From the NCBI GenBank assembly GCA_046483305.1, contig JAWODM010000046.1, positions 64,001 to 128,000 on the forward strand: a DNA stretch of 64,000 nucleotides. The letters are read 5' to 3'. A program made the position numbers and the translations under genes. The DNA is from Candidatus Krumholzibacteriales bacterium (GTDB lineage Bacteria; Krumholzibacteriota; Krumholzibacteriia; Krumholzibacteriales; WJIX01). Position 1 is the stretch's first letter. Every line of letters starts with the position of its first letter. A model generated the notes under the pieces. The model did no database searches, was not told the DNA's origin, and worked only from the letters and a program-made list of their open reading frames with translations. Below are positions 49,194 to 59,105 of this stretch, piece by piece.

Positions 49194-50336
49194 TTATACC
49201 GCAGACCTCAGTTTATCGATATAATCGAGTTTCTCCCAGGTAAAGTCTTCATCTTCCCGTCCGAAATGTCCGTAGGCTGCAGTCTTCCTGTAGATACCCC
49301 TTTTCAGCTTCAGCCTGTCTATTATACCCTCCGGGGTCAGGTCGAAAACATCTCTGACCAGCTTCGAGAGTTTTTCGTCAGATAATTTTCCGGTGCCGCA
49401 GGTATCTACCATAATCGAAAGCGGCTCCACCGTGCCGATGGCGTAGGCGAGCTGCACTTCGCATTCATCGGCCAGGCCGGCAGCTACTACATTCTTGGCA
49501 ATGTGCCTGGCGGCATAGGAAGCCGAGCGGTCCACCTTGGTGGGGTCCTTCCCGGAGAACGCTCCTCCTCCGTGGCTTCCGAATCCCCCGTAGGTATCCA
49601 CTATGATCTTTCTTCCGGTAAGCCCCGTATCCGCCATGGGCCCGCCCTTCACGAACCTCCCGGTAGGATTGACCAGAACTTTGTAGTCTCCCCCGTCAAT
49701 ATCAAACTCCGAGATGACCGGCCGGATTACATGTTCCTGGAGGTCTTCCTTTATCTGATCATTCGAAACTCCGTCCCGGTGCTGAACCGACATCAGAACG
49801 GTATGTATCCTTCTGGGCAGATTGTCCAGGTATTCAATGGTGACCTGGGACTTGCCGTCCGGCATCAGATAATCCAGCACCGATTCCTTCCTTACATCGG
49901 CGGCTCTCTTTACCAGCCGGTGGGCGATACTTATGGGGAGCGGCATATAGGTATCGGTCTGCCTGCAGGCGTACCCGAACATCATCCCCTGGTCTCCGGC
50001 CCCTCCATGGTTTACCCCCACGGATATATCCTCTGACTGCTCTTCTATGGTGGTTACCACCGCTGAGGTCTGATAATCGAAACCAAGCTCCGGCATGGTA
50101 TATCCGATATCCCTTACAACCTCTCTGACCACCCGGGGGATATCGACATAGATTTTGGTGCTGATCTCGCCGGAAATAAAAGCCAACCCGGTGGTTACCA
50201 GAGTTTCGCAGGCAACTCTTCCCTCGCTGTGCTGATTCAGGACTTCGTCCACAACCGCATCCGAAATCTGGTCGGCGACTTTATCCGGATGGCCTTCCGT
50301 CACCGATTCCGAACTGAATAAATGCTTCTCGCTCAT
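49194..50336 (-). CDS. metK: S-adenosylmethionine synthetase
   Basis: [46 protein letters not shown]. Confidence 0.98.
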   Translation of the reverse strand: MSEKHLFSSESVTEGHPDKVADQISDAVVDEVLNQHSEGRVACETLVTTGLAFISGEISTKIYVDIPRVVREVVRDIGYTMPELGFDYQTSAVVTTIEEQSEDISVGVNHGGAGDQGMMFGYACRQTDTYMPLPISIAHRLVKRAADVRKESVLDYLMPDGKSQVTIEYLDNLPRRIHTVLMSVQHRDGVSNDQIKEDLQEHVIRPVISEFDIDGGDYKVLVNPTGRFVKGGPMADTGLTGRKIIVDTYGGFGSHGGGAFSGKDPTKVDRSASYAARHIAKNVVAAGLADECEVQLAYAIGTVEPLSIMVDTCGTGKLSDEKLSKLVRDVFDLTPEGIIDRLKLKRGIYRKTAAYGHFGREDEDFTWEKLDYIDKLRSAV

Positions 50337-50384
50337 GGTTCTCCTCTCCAAAAGGAAATGTAATTACCGGCACCTCAGTAAAAA

Positions 50385-51383
50385 TTAACCCCTGTCGTCC
50401 TCCCGGGGAGAAAGGGTTGAATTATCACTGATATTAAGGCACTTCCTGTATCCGATCACTTCCGAATAACTGCCCAGAACGCTTCCGGATATAACCGAGT
50501 CGCTCACCCTGCTTCCCTCTTCAATTATCGAATTGTCTATAACCGAGCTGTTTATTTCGCAGCCCTCCGATACGGAGACGTAAGGGCCCACTAGCGATCT
50601 TTCTATAACACAGTTATCCGCTATGGCGCAGGGGGGGATGATTAACGAGCCGTCCCTTGACGGCCTGCCCCCATCCTTATCCAGAAGAACCCGGTTGGTC
50701 TCCAGCAGGGTCTCTATCTTTCCGCAGTCGTACCAGTCTTCGATTCTGTATACCTTGAACTCGGTTCCCTGTTCAATCATCAGCCCCAGGGCATCGGTAA
50801 TCTGATATTCTCCCTTGGTCCTGATATCCTTCCGGATGATTTCACCGCAGGCTTCGAACAGGGGCGATGAATCCTTCAAATAATACAGCCCTACTATGGC
50901 AAGGTTGCTTTTGGGCTGATCCGGCTTCTCCTCTATCCCGGTAACAATACCGTTCTCGGCTTCCACTATCCCGAAACGGCCCGGATTATCAACTTCCCTG
51001 ACCCCAAGAACGTAATCTCCCACTCCGGGAATCCGGTTAAAATCTGTCTCTATAATGGTATCACCCAGAATAATGATCACTTCGGAATTATCGGCATACT
51101 CCCTGGCCAGGTTTACCGCGTGGGCTATACCCTTCTGCTCCTCCTGGACCACAAAATCAGATTTTACGCCGCTGTATCGTGAATTTATATAATCTCTTAT
51201 TAAATCTCCCTGATAACCGATTATCGGTATCAGCTCATCCACTCCCATTCCTATGAGGCTGTCTATAATATGGCCCAGCATCGGCCTCCCGGCGACACTG
51301 ACCAGAGCTTTCGGCCTGGTATATGTATGGGGACGAAGCCTTTTGCCTATCCCCGCCGCAGGTATTACCGCTTTCATATTCAC
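50385..51383 (-). CDS. Sugar-1-phosphate nucleotidyltransferase (long form with C-terminal left-handed beta-helix)
   Basis: IPAAGIGKRLRPHT..PK, LGD, EEKP, GEYQITDAL, WYDCG, C-terminal hexapeptide-like repeats. Confidence 0.9.
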   Translation of the reverse strand: MNMKAVIPAAGIGKRLRPHTYTRPKALVSVAGRPMLGHIIDSLIGMGVDELIPIIGYQGDLIRDYINSRYSGVKSDFVVQEEQKGIAHAVNLAREYADNSEVIIILGDTIIETDFNRIPGVGDYVLGVREVDNPGRFGIVEAENGIVTGIEEKPDQPKSNLAIVGLYYLKDSSPLFEACGEIIRKDIRTKGEYQITDALGLMIEQGTEFKVYRIEDWYDCGKIETLLETNRVLLDKDGGRPSRDGSLIIPPCAIADNCVIERSLVGPYVSVSEGCEINSSVIDNSIIEEGSRVSDSVISGSVLGSYSEVIGYRKCLNISDNSTLSPREDDRG

Positions 51384-52450
51384 TCCGTTCTCAGTTTATC
51401 CTTTACCAATTCTATTCTCTGTATCGGCGCCGGATCGATCCCCCTTCTGAGGGCCAGGTAGACGCTGGACATATCCCCCAGAACCACAGTACTCAGCAGC
51501 CGCTGGGCTCTGGTTGCCGCACCCCCCGGGAACCAGCTTCCGCTTTCTATCTTGATAATTTCGACGCCGATATCCTCCAGCATGGATGCGGTTATCGCCA
51601 TTCTCTTCTTGACCCGGGGGTGATCATCCCTGTCGTTGAGCATTATTACAGTCATCTTTTTCCTTATATCTTCCGGACAATCCCATCCCATTATTTCATT
51701 ATGGCCCAGCTCCGGGAAAATGTTCGAGAATGCCATCACCTTGCTGTTTTCATTAAACTGGCACTTCCAACGGTAAGCGGCTCCGTTGAGCAGGGAACCT
51801 CCCGAATATATGAGCGGAATTCTGTCAAATAACTTCTCCGAGATCTTCATGGCCGGATTATTTATGAAATCCGGGGCGACATTCTTCAAGGCGGCTTCAA
51901 CAGTCTCCAGCAGAGAACTGAAATCCTTTTCATCCATCCTGATCATTCCCCATCCGGAAATAAACCTGAGCAGCGGCGCCAGCAGGGAACCGATAGCCGC
52001 CCTGGGAGGCAGCCCTCCCCTGACTTTAACCGTGTCCACCCCCGATTCGGCAGCCTCCCGCTCCAGAATTCCTCCCGAAGTTATTACCCCCACTCCGCAA
52101 TTCCTGTTGAGAGCCTCCCGGAACAGAGCGATTATTTCTTCGGTGTTGCCGCTGTAGCTGACGCAGATTACAGTGGTGCTCGAATCAGCGAACCTGGGAA
52201 GCAGATATCCCCTCTCCACATGTATTGGAAATCTGTTTCCCGCTCCGGCCAGGTCCCTGGCCAGTTCCGCCCCTATTGCCGACCCTCCCATACCGCAAAC
52301 CACCAGACCTCCACCTGCGGAAGGCGGGCGGAGTGATAAATCTCCCGCCTTCTTCCATCCGTCCCGCATCTGATCCGGGATGGACAGAACCATTCCTGCC
52401 ATTCCCGATCTATCGTATCTGCTTATTATTTCATCGGTTATATCATGCAT
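51380..52450 (-). CDS. Bifunctional phosphoglucose/phosphomannose isomerase (SIS domains)
   Basis: GMGGSAIG, SYSGNTEE, PPRAA, RWKCQFNENSK, PELGHNEI. Confidence 0.93.
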   Translation of the reverse strand: MHDITDEIISRYDRSGMAGMVLSIPDQMRDGWKKAGDLSLRPPSAGGGLVVCGMGGSAIGAELARDLAGAGNRFPIHVERGYLLPRFADSSTTVICVSYSGNTEEIIALFREALNRNCGVGVITSGGILEREAAESGVDTVKVRGGLPPRAAIGSLLAPLLRFISGWGMIRMDEKDFSSLLETVEAALKNVAPDFINNPAMKISEKLFDRIPLIYSGGSLLNGAAYRWKCQFNENSKVMAFSNIFPELGHNEIMGWDCPEDIRKKMTVIMLNDRDDHPRVKKRMAITASMLEDIGVEIIKIESGSWFPGGAATRAQRLLSTVVLGDMSSVYLALRRGIDPAPIQRIELVKDKLRTE

Positions 52451-52458
52451 AATGCAGA

Positions 52459-54267
52459 TCAGTCAAATTTTAACGCTGTTTTCGGTATAAATTCTCTAAG
52501 CTCCGGCCTTTTGTCATTGATAAATTTAATCAGCATCTCGCGGACTTCCCCGGCTGTGGATTTCCTCAGAATATTCCTTATCAGGGCATGAGTTTCATCA
52601 AAGGTCACCGACCTTATTATCTTCTTTATCTCAGGGATCAGATATGACGGCGCGCTGATTTCATCCAGCCCGATCCCGATCAGTGGCAATACCCCCAGAG
52701 CCCCCTCACTTACAGCCATCTCGCCGCAGAGGCCGACCCATATATCCCTCTTCCTTGCCGCTTTGACAGTATCCCTGATCAACCTGATAATACTGGGATG
52801 GAGGGGATCGTATAGATAAGAAATCCGGCTGTTTCCCCTGTCCACCGCCAGGGCGTACTGTACCAGGTCATTCGAACCAATACTGAAGAAATCGACTTCC
52901 CGTCCCAGCTTGCTTGCCAGAGCTACCGCGGAAGGGGTCTCGATCATGATTCCTACCTCGATATCCTCATCGATAATGTATCTTTCCCTGAGCAGGTCCT
53001 CCTTTACCTCTTCACATATCCTCTTCGATTCCAGGACCTCCTCCATCACCGAAATCATCGGGAACATAATCTTGACCTTGCCGTGAGCGGAAGCCCGGTA
53101 TAAGGCTCTCAGCTGCGATCTGAAAATATCTTTTCTGGACAGAGAAAACCTGATTCCGCGCCATCCCATGAAAGGATTGGCTTCGTCAATGTCGCTCATC
53201 CATTCAGCCATCTTATCTCCGCCGACATCCAGGGTTCTGAATATCACCGAATCAGGAGCTACTTTTTCAACCACCTCTCTGTAATAACGGTACTGAATCT
53301 CCTCGCTGGGAAGAGAAGAACGGGTTATGAAGAAATATTCGGTTCTGAAGAGGCCTATCCCCCGGGCTCCGTGGCTGTGAACATCCTTGATCTCGTCCAC
53401 GGTCTCGACATTCCCGCTGAGGCCGAAGGTGCGTCCGTCCAGAGTCTCCGCCGGATAATCCTTGAGGGTCAGCAGTTCCTTTTCCATTTCCCTGAATTTT
53501 TCTCTGGCGTCTTTGTAAAGGGATATGGTGTCTTCGTCGGGATGCAGAATTACCTGACCGGTGGTTCCATCAACTATTATCTTATCGTGGGGCTTTACCA
53601 GGCGGGAAAATTCCCGAAGTCCCACTACCGCCGGGATACCATGCGATCTGGCCATAATAGCCGCGTGAGAGGTCGTGCCCCCGATATCCGAGACGAATGC
53701 CTGGACATGCTTGCGGTCGAACCCGAGAGTATCGGAAGGAGTCAGGTTTCTTCCCACTACTATCGCTTTTTGCTTGAGATTTTTCAAACCTGTCTGTTCC
53801 TGCCCCAGCAGCTTTCTGGTGATACGGCCCTTCACATCCCTGATATCTTCAGCCCTTTCGCTGAGATACTGGTCCTGCATTCTTTCGAATGATTTAAGGA
53901 TCTTGTCGAAGGTGTTTTCAACCGCCCAGGCGGCATTTACCTTTTCATCCCTGATATATTTTTCGGTCTCCTTTATCATGGAATTGTCTTCCACTATCAT
54001 AATATGGGTATCCACTATCCTGGCGTGATTCTCGCCCATATCTTCGGCAAGTTTACGATAAAGTTCCTTCAGTTCTTTTCTGATTATCTTCAGAGCGCTC
54101 CTGAACTTCTCAATCTCACCTTCCACCTGATCGCCGCTGATTCTGGTGGTGGGAACGGACATTTCATCCACATTAAGAACATAGACTTCCCCTATGGCGA
54201 TCCCCGGAGAGACCGCGATGCCGTTCATGATCAGTTCTTTCTTATCATTCCGGCTGTTATTGTTCAT
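52459..54267 (-). CDS. ptsI: PTS enzyme I (PEP-protein phosphotransferase), no GAF domain
   Basis: GIAVSPGIAIG, GGTTSHAAIMAR (phospho-His), IGLFRTE, RTLDVGGDK, SIGSNDL, CGEMA. Confidence 0.97.
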   Translation of the reverse strand: MNNNSRNDKKELIMNGIAVSPGIAIGEVYVLNVDEMSVPTTRISGDQVEGEIEKFRSALKIIRKELKELYRKLAEDMGENHARIVDTHIMIVEDNSMIKETEKYIRDEKVNAAWAVENTFDKILKSFERMQDQYLSERAEDIRDVKGRITRKLLGQEQTGLKNLKQKAIVVGRNLTPSDTLGFDRKHVQAFVSDIGGTTSHAAIMARSHGIPAVVGLREFSRLVKPHDKIIVDGTTGQVILHPDEDTISLYKDAREKFREMEKELLTLKDYPAETLDGRTFGLSGNVETVDEIKDVHSHGARGIGLFRTEYFFITRSSLPSEEIQYRYYREVVEKVAPDSVIFRTLDVGGDKMAEWMSDIDEANPFMGWRGIRFSLSRKDIFRSQLRALYRASAHGKVKIMFPMISVMEEVLESKRICEEVKEDLLRERYIIDEDIEVGIMIETPSAVALASKLGREVDFFSIGSNDLVQYALAVDRGNSRISYLYDPLHPSIIRLIRDTVKAARKRDIWVGLCGEMAVSEGALGVLPLIGIGLDEISAPSYLIPEIKKIIRSVTFDETHALIRNILRKSTAGEVREMLIKFINDKRPELREFIPKTALKFD

Positions 54268-54536
54268 TGCTCCCCTTCTGAGAAACCTCTATCAAAAAGC
54301 TTCTTAAGAAGTTTCAGGGCCTCATCCTCGTCTTCTCCGTCCGCCCTGATTCTAAGCTCCGTTCCGTATCCGGCTCCCAGTCCCGCAACACTTAATATAC
54401 TCTTGGCGTTAACTTCCTCCCCGTCCTTGATAATATGGATATCAGAACTGAACCTGCTGGAATTTTTAACCAGCTCGCCGGCCAGCCTGAGATGCATTCC
54501 ATTCCTGTTAGACACTTTTACCTGAATCTCTTTCAC
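54264..54536 (-). CDS. ptsH: Phosphocarrier protein HPr
   Basis: GMHLRLA (His15 loop), NAKSIL (Ser46), ADGEDEDEAL; probable GTG start at 54536. Confidence 0.9.
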   Translation of the reverse strand: MKEIQVKVSNRNGMHLRLAGELVKNSSRFSSDIHIIKDGEEVNAKSILSVAGLGAGYGTELRIRADGEDEDEALKLLKKLFDRGFSEGEQ

Positions 54537-54574
54537 TTGCCATCCGTTTCCCTGAAATTGCCTGTACTCCGTTC

Positions 54575-55303
54575 TCAAAAGTCCACTACCGAAAGCAGCA
54601 CCGTCATCAGAACGAATACTATGATTACGCTGAAAACCGGAGAATATTTTCTTCTAAGCAGAGTTACCGCGGCGACAGCGGCCAAGCCTGCGATTAAAAC
54701 GGGCGCCCCGCCGAAGCGATACCCCCGGAATAATGCTATGGAAGTAAAAACACCTGCCGTGAAAGCTGTTGCGCCCCTCAATACTCCGCTTATTCTCGCT
54801 ATATCTTCAAAAAATCCGGTTCCAGCCTCCTGACCCAGTTTTAACCCCCTGTAATACCCGACTATTCTAAACCTGAAATGAAAGTAGTTATAAAAGAGCA
54901 GGAAAACCAGAGGGCCGATGTACAACCGGTATATAGTAAAAATACATACGATTGTCAATGCCATTGGCATAAAAATAACCTCAAAGAATTCATCTCCCTT
55001 GGCGGTGAGAGCCGAGGACAGGGTGCTCTTCACTCTCTCTATCTGGCTGGCGCCGGCCTTATCCGCGGACTGCTCCATTTTCTGGGTCACTCCCACCACC
55101 ATCCCCGCCAGGACCGGGTTTGAATTGAAATAATCAAAGTGTCTTTCGGCGAAGGCGGCCTTCTTTCCGCGGCTGCCTCCGGAAAGCTTTCTGAAAAGAG
55201 GCATCAGGGCGAAAAAGAAACCCAGCCCGTCATGAAACTTGTCGTTTCTGGAATTCTGGATCAGAAATAATCTCCACAGTATTTTCAGGTTAAGCATAAT
55301 CAT
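54575..55303 (-). CDS. PTS mannose/fructose/sorbose family IID component (diverged)
   Basis: RHFDYFNSNP, AKGD.FF, YN..HF..R..GY..G.KLG; cluster position. Confidence 0.8.
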   Translation of the reverse strand: MIMLNLKILWRLFLIQNSRNDKFHDGLGFFFALMPLFRKLSGGSRGKKAAFAERHFDYFNSNPVLAGMVVGVTQKMEQSADKAGASQIERVKSTLSSALTAKGDEFFEVIFMPMALTIVCIFTIYRLYIGPLVFLLFYNYFHFRFRIVGYYRGLKLGQEAGTGFFEDIARISGVLRGATAFTAGVFTSIALFRGYRFGGAPVLIAGLAAVAAVTLLRRKYSPVFSVIIVFVLMTVLLSVVDF

Positions 55304-55308
55304 ATTAA

Positions 55309-56010
55309 TCAGATAAAAGCTAATACAGCCCCCGCGATAATCAGGCCTGAAAGAAACCAGAATGCCTGATACTTAAATAGAACAATTCTGAGAAGAGAAC
55401 CTATTCCGATAAAGGGAATGAAAATATAGAGTATTTCCAGGGGGCCGATGAACCCCGCATGGGCCGAGACAGCTTCAGCGGCCAGGAGGTAACCGGCCGG
55501 TATCAGTATCAGACAGATCACGAAACCTGCCAGAAAATGAAACCCCAGCATGGATAAATGAAGGAAAGATGCCCGGCGGTAATCTCCTTCCCTGCTTCGT
55601 TCCAGCGCCTTTTCGACGGCCCGCGACAGGCGAGATCTTATAAATCTGTAAAGATAATATCCCAGCAGGCCGCCCAGTATACCTATGAGCAGAGAAGCTG
55701 CCATGACCATTCCTGATACAGAGAGGTCGCCGGCCATCCTGAGGTCAACCAGAATAAATACGGCCGCCGATATAACTCCCGCTGAAGGTATATCCAGGTC
55801 CCTCTCCCCCCTCAGATAGATATTGCCCAGAAAGATAATCTGAAGCAAAGTTCCGGCAAGAATCCCCTTCGACGGCTCGCCCAGCATCAGGCCGGCCAGA
55901 AGGCCGCTGCATACCGGCTGATACAGCATAATCCTGAGAGAGCCTCTGAAATCAATCGCCAGCAGTCCTCCCAGAACCGACAGAAATATCAGTAATTGCA
56001 ATTGTGGCAA
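55309..56010 (-). CDS. PTS mannose/fructose/sorbose family IIC component (diverged)
   Basis: Very hydrophobic; QPVCSGLLAGLMLG..GIL.G..LQ.IFLG matches the IIC N-terminal pattern; lies upstream of IID. Confidence 0.75.
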   Translation of the reverse strand: MPQLQLLIFLSVLGGLLAIDFRGSLRIMLYQPVCSGLLAGLMLGEPSKGILAGTLLQIIFLGNIYLRGERDLDIPSAGVISAAVFILVDLRMAGDLSVSGMVMAASLLIGILGGLLGYYLYRFIRSRLSRAVEKALERSREGDYRRASFLHLSMLGFHFLAGFVICLILIPAGYLLAAEAVSAHAGFIGPLEILYIFIPFIGIGSLLRIVLFKYQAFWFLSGLIIAGAVLAFI

Positions 56011-56020
56011 TATCAGCCTT

Positions 56021-58159
56021 TCACCTACCGTAACGTTTAACCGTCAGGGCGATTTCAAAATTCTCTTCGCGGCCCTTCTTGAGCTCCAGAGGCCATACCG
56101 GAAGCAGGGCTGTCCCCTGATATACCGATTCAAAACCGGATTCGGAATTTGAAACCGTCTCTATGGGGAACCTCCACAGAACGGCCGCCGGAGAGAACTC
56201 CATGCTTATCTCTATCCCGAGCCATTCGTCCACCGCGGAGACCTTCCCCACTTCATCCAGCTCTCCGCGGGAGGCCAGTTTGGACCTGTTTCCATCAGGG
56301 AACAGGAAATAGCGGTCGGGCGCGTCCCCTGCCAGAAGCGAGAGACAGTTCTGGACAGCAAAACGGCAATTCAGATCCGAATCAGGGCTGAACAGGGAAT
56401 ACGAAACTCTGAAACCGGCGGAAGAGGCATCCGCGCTGACCAGCTTGTCCATCTTCACTCTGCTCCGCCCCCGCCCGGCCCGGATATAGCCTTCCCTGGT
56501 GAAAAGCAGCAGGTTGCTCTTCTTTTTCCTCTCAACCACCCGGTGAGAAAACAGCCCTTCCCGGAAATCCCCTATCTCGTCATACGACGACCCGGAGAAT
56601 GAATCCAGGTCGACGCCTTCCGGGAAAAAGTGGTCCTGGAAAGAAAGCCTCTGGTAGCCGTCATAGACTATCCTCTTGTCAAGATCTCCCTCTTTCGCCC
56701 TGTTGATCTGATGAATACTTACCACATCTTCTGAGTTATCCTGCTGATTCCCGCCGACATCATCATGATATATTTCTCTTCGCCTTCTCAGAATATCGGT
56801 AAGGTTAAAGGGCGGCGAGAATATATCCAATTCTCTCAGCGATGCTCCCTCCGCCTTGAAATGAAGTTTCAGGTAAGCTGTTTTCAGAATCACTTCTCCG
56901 GTGCCGTCACCGTCAAGGTCCCGGGAGTAAACCTTGAGGTAATCCTTCCCCTTTTCCAGGGAGGTTTCGATTATCCTCTCCGCTTCGATGAGGTGCCTGT
57001 AGATGGCACTTCTCAGGTGCGGCAGATACAACCCCCCGAATAGGCCGTGCCAGTATGCGCAGTTGCATTGAGCCTGGTACAGGTGGTTTACGGCTTCTTC
57101 CCAGACCTTTCCGTAACCGGTTCGAGCTCCGTAATCTTCTACCAGTTCGCTGATTTCCAGCATTCTCTTGTGCATCCAGTTGCTTTCCTCGTACTTCACC
57201 AGGAAATTTCTCCAGAATCCTCCCCTGACCATATCGGTGAATTCCTTCATCTGATCATCGGATTCGAGAAATCCGGTGACCTTTCGGTGCCTCTGCCGGG
57301 CGGCGAGGGGGAGGGCCCATTCCATCATTTCCGTGTAGGAGGCGGTGGGAAGATACACCATACCGCCGGAGGAACGGCTGTCTATGACCCGCGAAAAAGT
57401 ACTTACCTCAATCCAGTCGCTGTTCTTCCCCAGAAGGTCCAGGAACCTCCGCAGCCAATTCCTGCGGTAGACCAGATCGTGGGTCCCCGGCCAGACCCCG
57501 AACTTTTCGCCGTCGTCGGCGAGTACCGCCACCGGGTTTTCCCCCTGGCGGGCGACTTCACGGAGATGCGATATGGTCTCTTCCGGTTCGCTGAAGGGTA
57601 TCAGGTATCTCAGTTTTTCATCTATGGGAAATATCTTCACATATCTCCCGTTATCCTCGGAATTGAAGAAGGTCCTCATCTCCGGGCCGGAGAAACCTAT
57701 CGATTTGAAGTGGGCGTCGTCTACTATCACGAATTCTATCCCCGCCTCCGCCAGGATGCCGGGCAGGTTCGGTTCCCATATCCTCTCTGTAAGCCAGCAG
57801 CCCCTCGGTTCGGCATTGAGCTTTCCCCTGATGAAACTGTTCATCCTGGAAAGCTGCCCAAGCCGGTCATGCTCCGGTATGACTGTAAGTATAGGCTCGT
57901 AATACCCCGCCGACAGAATCTCGACCTGGGACCTTTCAACCATTTCCTCTATTATCTCCAGGTATTCCTCTCTTCCCTCAGCAAACCAGTCCCACAGAAT
58001 ACCGCTGTTGTGAAGCGCGAAAGGAATATCCGGAAAATCGTTCATTACCTCCAGGAAGGGAAGGTACGATTTCTGGTAAGCATCCTCTATGACGTAATCA
58101 AAGTTGCCTACCGGCTGATGATTATGTATACCAAGAACAAAGGTAACCTTTTCCCCCAT
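56021..58159 (-). CDS. GH57 alpha-amylase/4-alpha-glucanotransferase (DUF1925/DUF1926 architecture)
   Basis: HNHQP, YYEPIL, WLTERIWEP (Glu nucleophile), DDGEKFG (Asp acid/base), AQCNCAYWHGLFGGLYLPHLR, SESGFESVYQG; no signal peptide. Confidence 0.92.
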   Translation of the reverse strand: MGEKVTFVLGIHNHQPVGNFDYVIEDAYQKSYLPFLEVMNDFPDIPFALHNSGILWDWFAEGREEYLEIIEEMVERSQVEILSAGYYEPILTVIPEHDRLGQLSRMNSFIRGKLNAEPRGCWLTERIWEPNLPGILAEAGIEFVIVDDAHFKSIGFSGPEMRTFFNSEDNGRYVKIFPIDEKLRYLIPFSEPEETISHLREVARQGENPVAVLADDGEKFGVWPGTHDLVYRRNWLRRFLDLLGKNSDWIEVSTFSRVIDSRSSGGMVYLPTASYTEMMEWALPLAARQRHRKVTGFLESDDQMKEFTDMVRGGFWRNFLVKYEESNWMHKRMLEISELVEDYGARTGYGKVWEEAVNHLYQAQCNCAYWHGLFGGLYLPHLRSAIYRHLIEAERIIETSLEKGKDYLKVYSRDLDGDGTGEVILKTAYLKLHFKAEGASLRELDIFSPPFNLTDILRRRREIYHDDVGGNQQDNSEDVVSIHQINRAKEGDLDKRIVYDGYQRLSFQDHFFPEGVDLDSFSGSSYDEIGDFREGLFSHRVVERKKKSNLLLFTREGYIRAGRGRSRVKMDKLVSADASSAGFRVSYSLFSPDSDLNCRFAVQNCLSLLAGDAPDRYFLFPDGNRSKLASRGELDEVGKVSAVDEWLGIEISMEFSPAAVLWRFPIETVSNSESGFESVYQGTALLPVWPLELKKGREENFEIALTVKRYGR

Positions 58160-58175
58160 ATTCGCTCCATTCAGT

Positions 58176-58652
58176 TCAGACTATCCTGGAATTCAGGATC
58201 ACTTTCTCATCTCCCGGCAGCGCCCTGGCTTCAAGGGTCACACTTCTCTTGACCAGTTCACGGAGAGCCCGCTTTTCTTCATCGCTTATATATATTTTAT
58301 CCATCAGCAATTCCCTTGAGCCCGAATAGTGCATCCCCCCTATATTTATCTCATCAAACTCGAGGCCGGCCTGGTAAAGCCTCAGGGCCTGGACCGGATC
58401 CCTTATTATCATCAACACTCTTTCCTTATCGTATACCCCCGCGTTTATTCTTTCCGCGGCCTTCTCTATGGGAAGGATGGTAACCTTTATATCCGGATTG
58501 ACCGACGAGGAAAAAATCCTTCTTTCCCACTCGTCGCAGGCAACCTGGTCGTCGGCCAGGATTATTCTGTCCGGGCGGCATTTTTCATACCATCCCACTA
58601 CCACCTGAGCGTGAATCAGCCTGTCATCTATCCTTATCAGAGTCAGCATCAA
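58176..58652 (-). CDS. PTS mannose family IIB component
   Basis: RIDDRLIHAQVVVGW, INIGGM. Confidence 0.92.
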   Translation of the reverse strand: MMLTLIRIDDRLIHAQVVVGWYEKCRPDRIILADDQVACDEWERRIFSSSVNPDIKVTILPIEKAAERINAGVYDKERVLMIIRDPVQALRLYQAGLEFDEINIGGMHYSGSRELLMDKIYISDEEKRALRELVKRSVTLEARALPGDEKVILNSRIV

Positions 58653-58706
58653 CCCTTTCCTTCAATCAAATTACGTACTTTGCGGTGTTATATTGCGGGA
58701 AACTGG

Positions 58707-59105
58707 TCAGATCCGGTCACAGCTGATGCTCTCGCGGCCCCGCTTCACCAGGTGATCCACCATCTCGTCGAAATCCATGATCTTCCGTTTTGTCGCGAAA
58801 TCGAGCAGAACCGGAAGATTAACCCCGCTGATTATAATCGCATTCTTCAACCCCTTCACCGCCCGGAAACAGCTATTAAAGCATGAACCACCGCAGTAGT
58901 CAACAAACATGACCAGCCGTTCAGCTCTGCTCCCGGCGATTATTTCCTTGATTTTCTCAATCACCGCGTCATCCGACAGATCCCCGCTGCAGACCGGTAC
59001 CAGGCCATCCACCCTGCCCAGTATCAGATTGACGGTTTTCTTCAGCTCCTCCGCCAGAGAACCGTGGGTAATGATAATCCCGACTATATTCTCCGAATTA
59101 CTCAT
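58707..59105 (-). CDS. PTS mannose family IIA component
   Basis: IITHGSLA, DYCGGSCFN, SGVNLPVLL. Confidence 0.9.
   Translation of the reverse strand: MSNSENIVGIIITHGSLAEELKKTVNLILGRVDGLVPVCSGDLSDDAVIEKIKEIIAGSRAERLVMFVDYCGGSCFNSCFRAVKGLKNAIIISGVNLPVLLDFATKRKIMDFDEMVDHLVKRGRESISCDRI

Noticed and set aside
50337..50384. SAM riboswitch upstream of metK
   Set aside because: The gap is under 50 nt and has no S-box motifs
57047..58252. 401-aa plus-strand ORF
   Set aside because: Antisense shadow of the GH57 gene
58679..58697. TTGCGG direct repeat between IIA and IIB
   Set aside because: Only two 6-mers, compatible with chance
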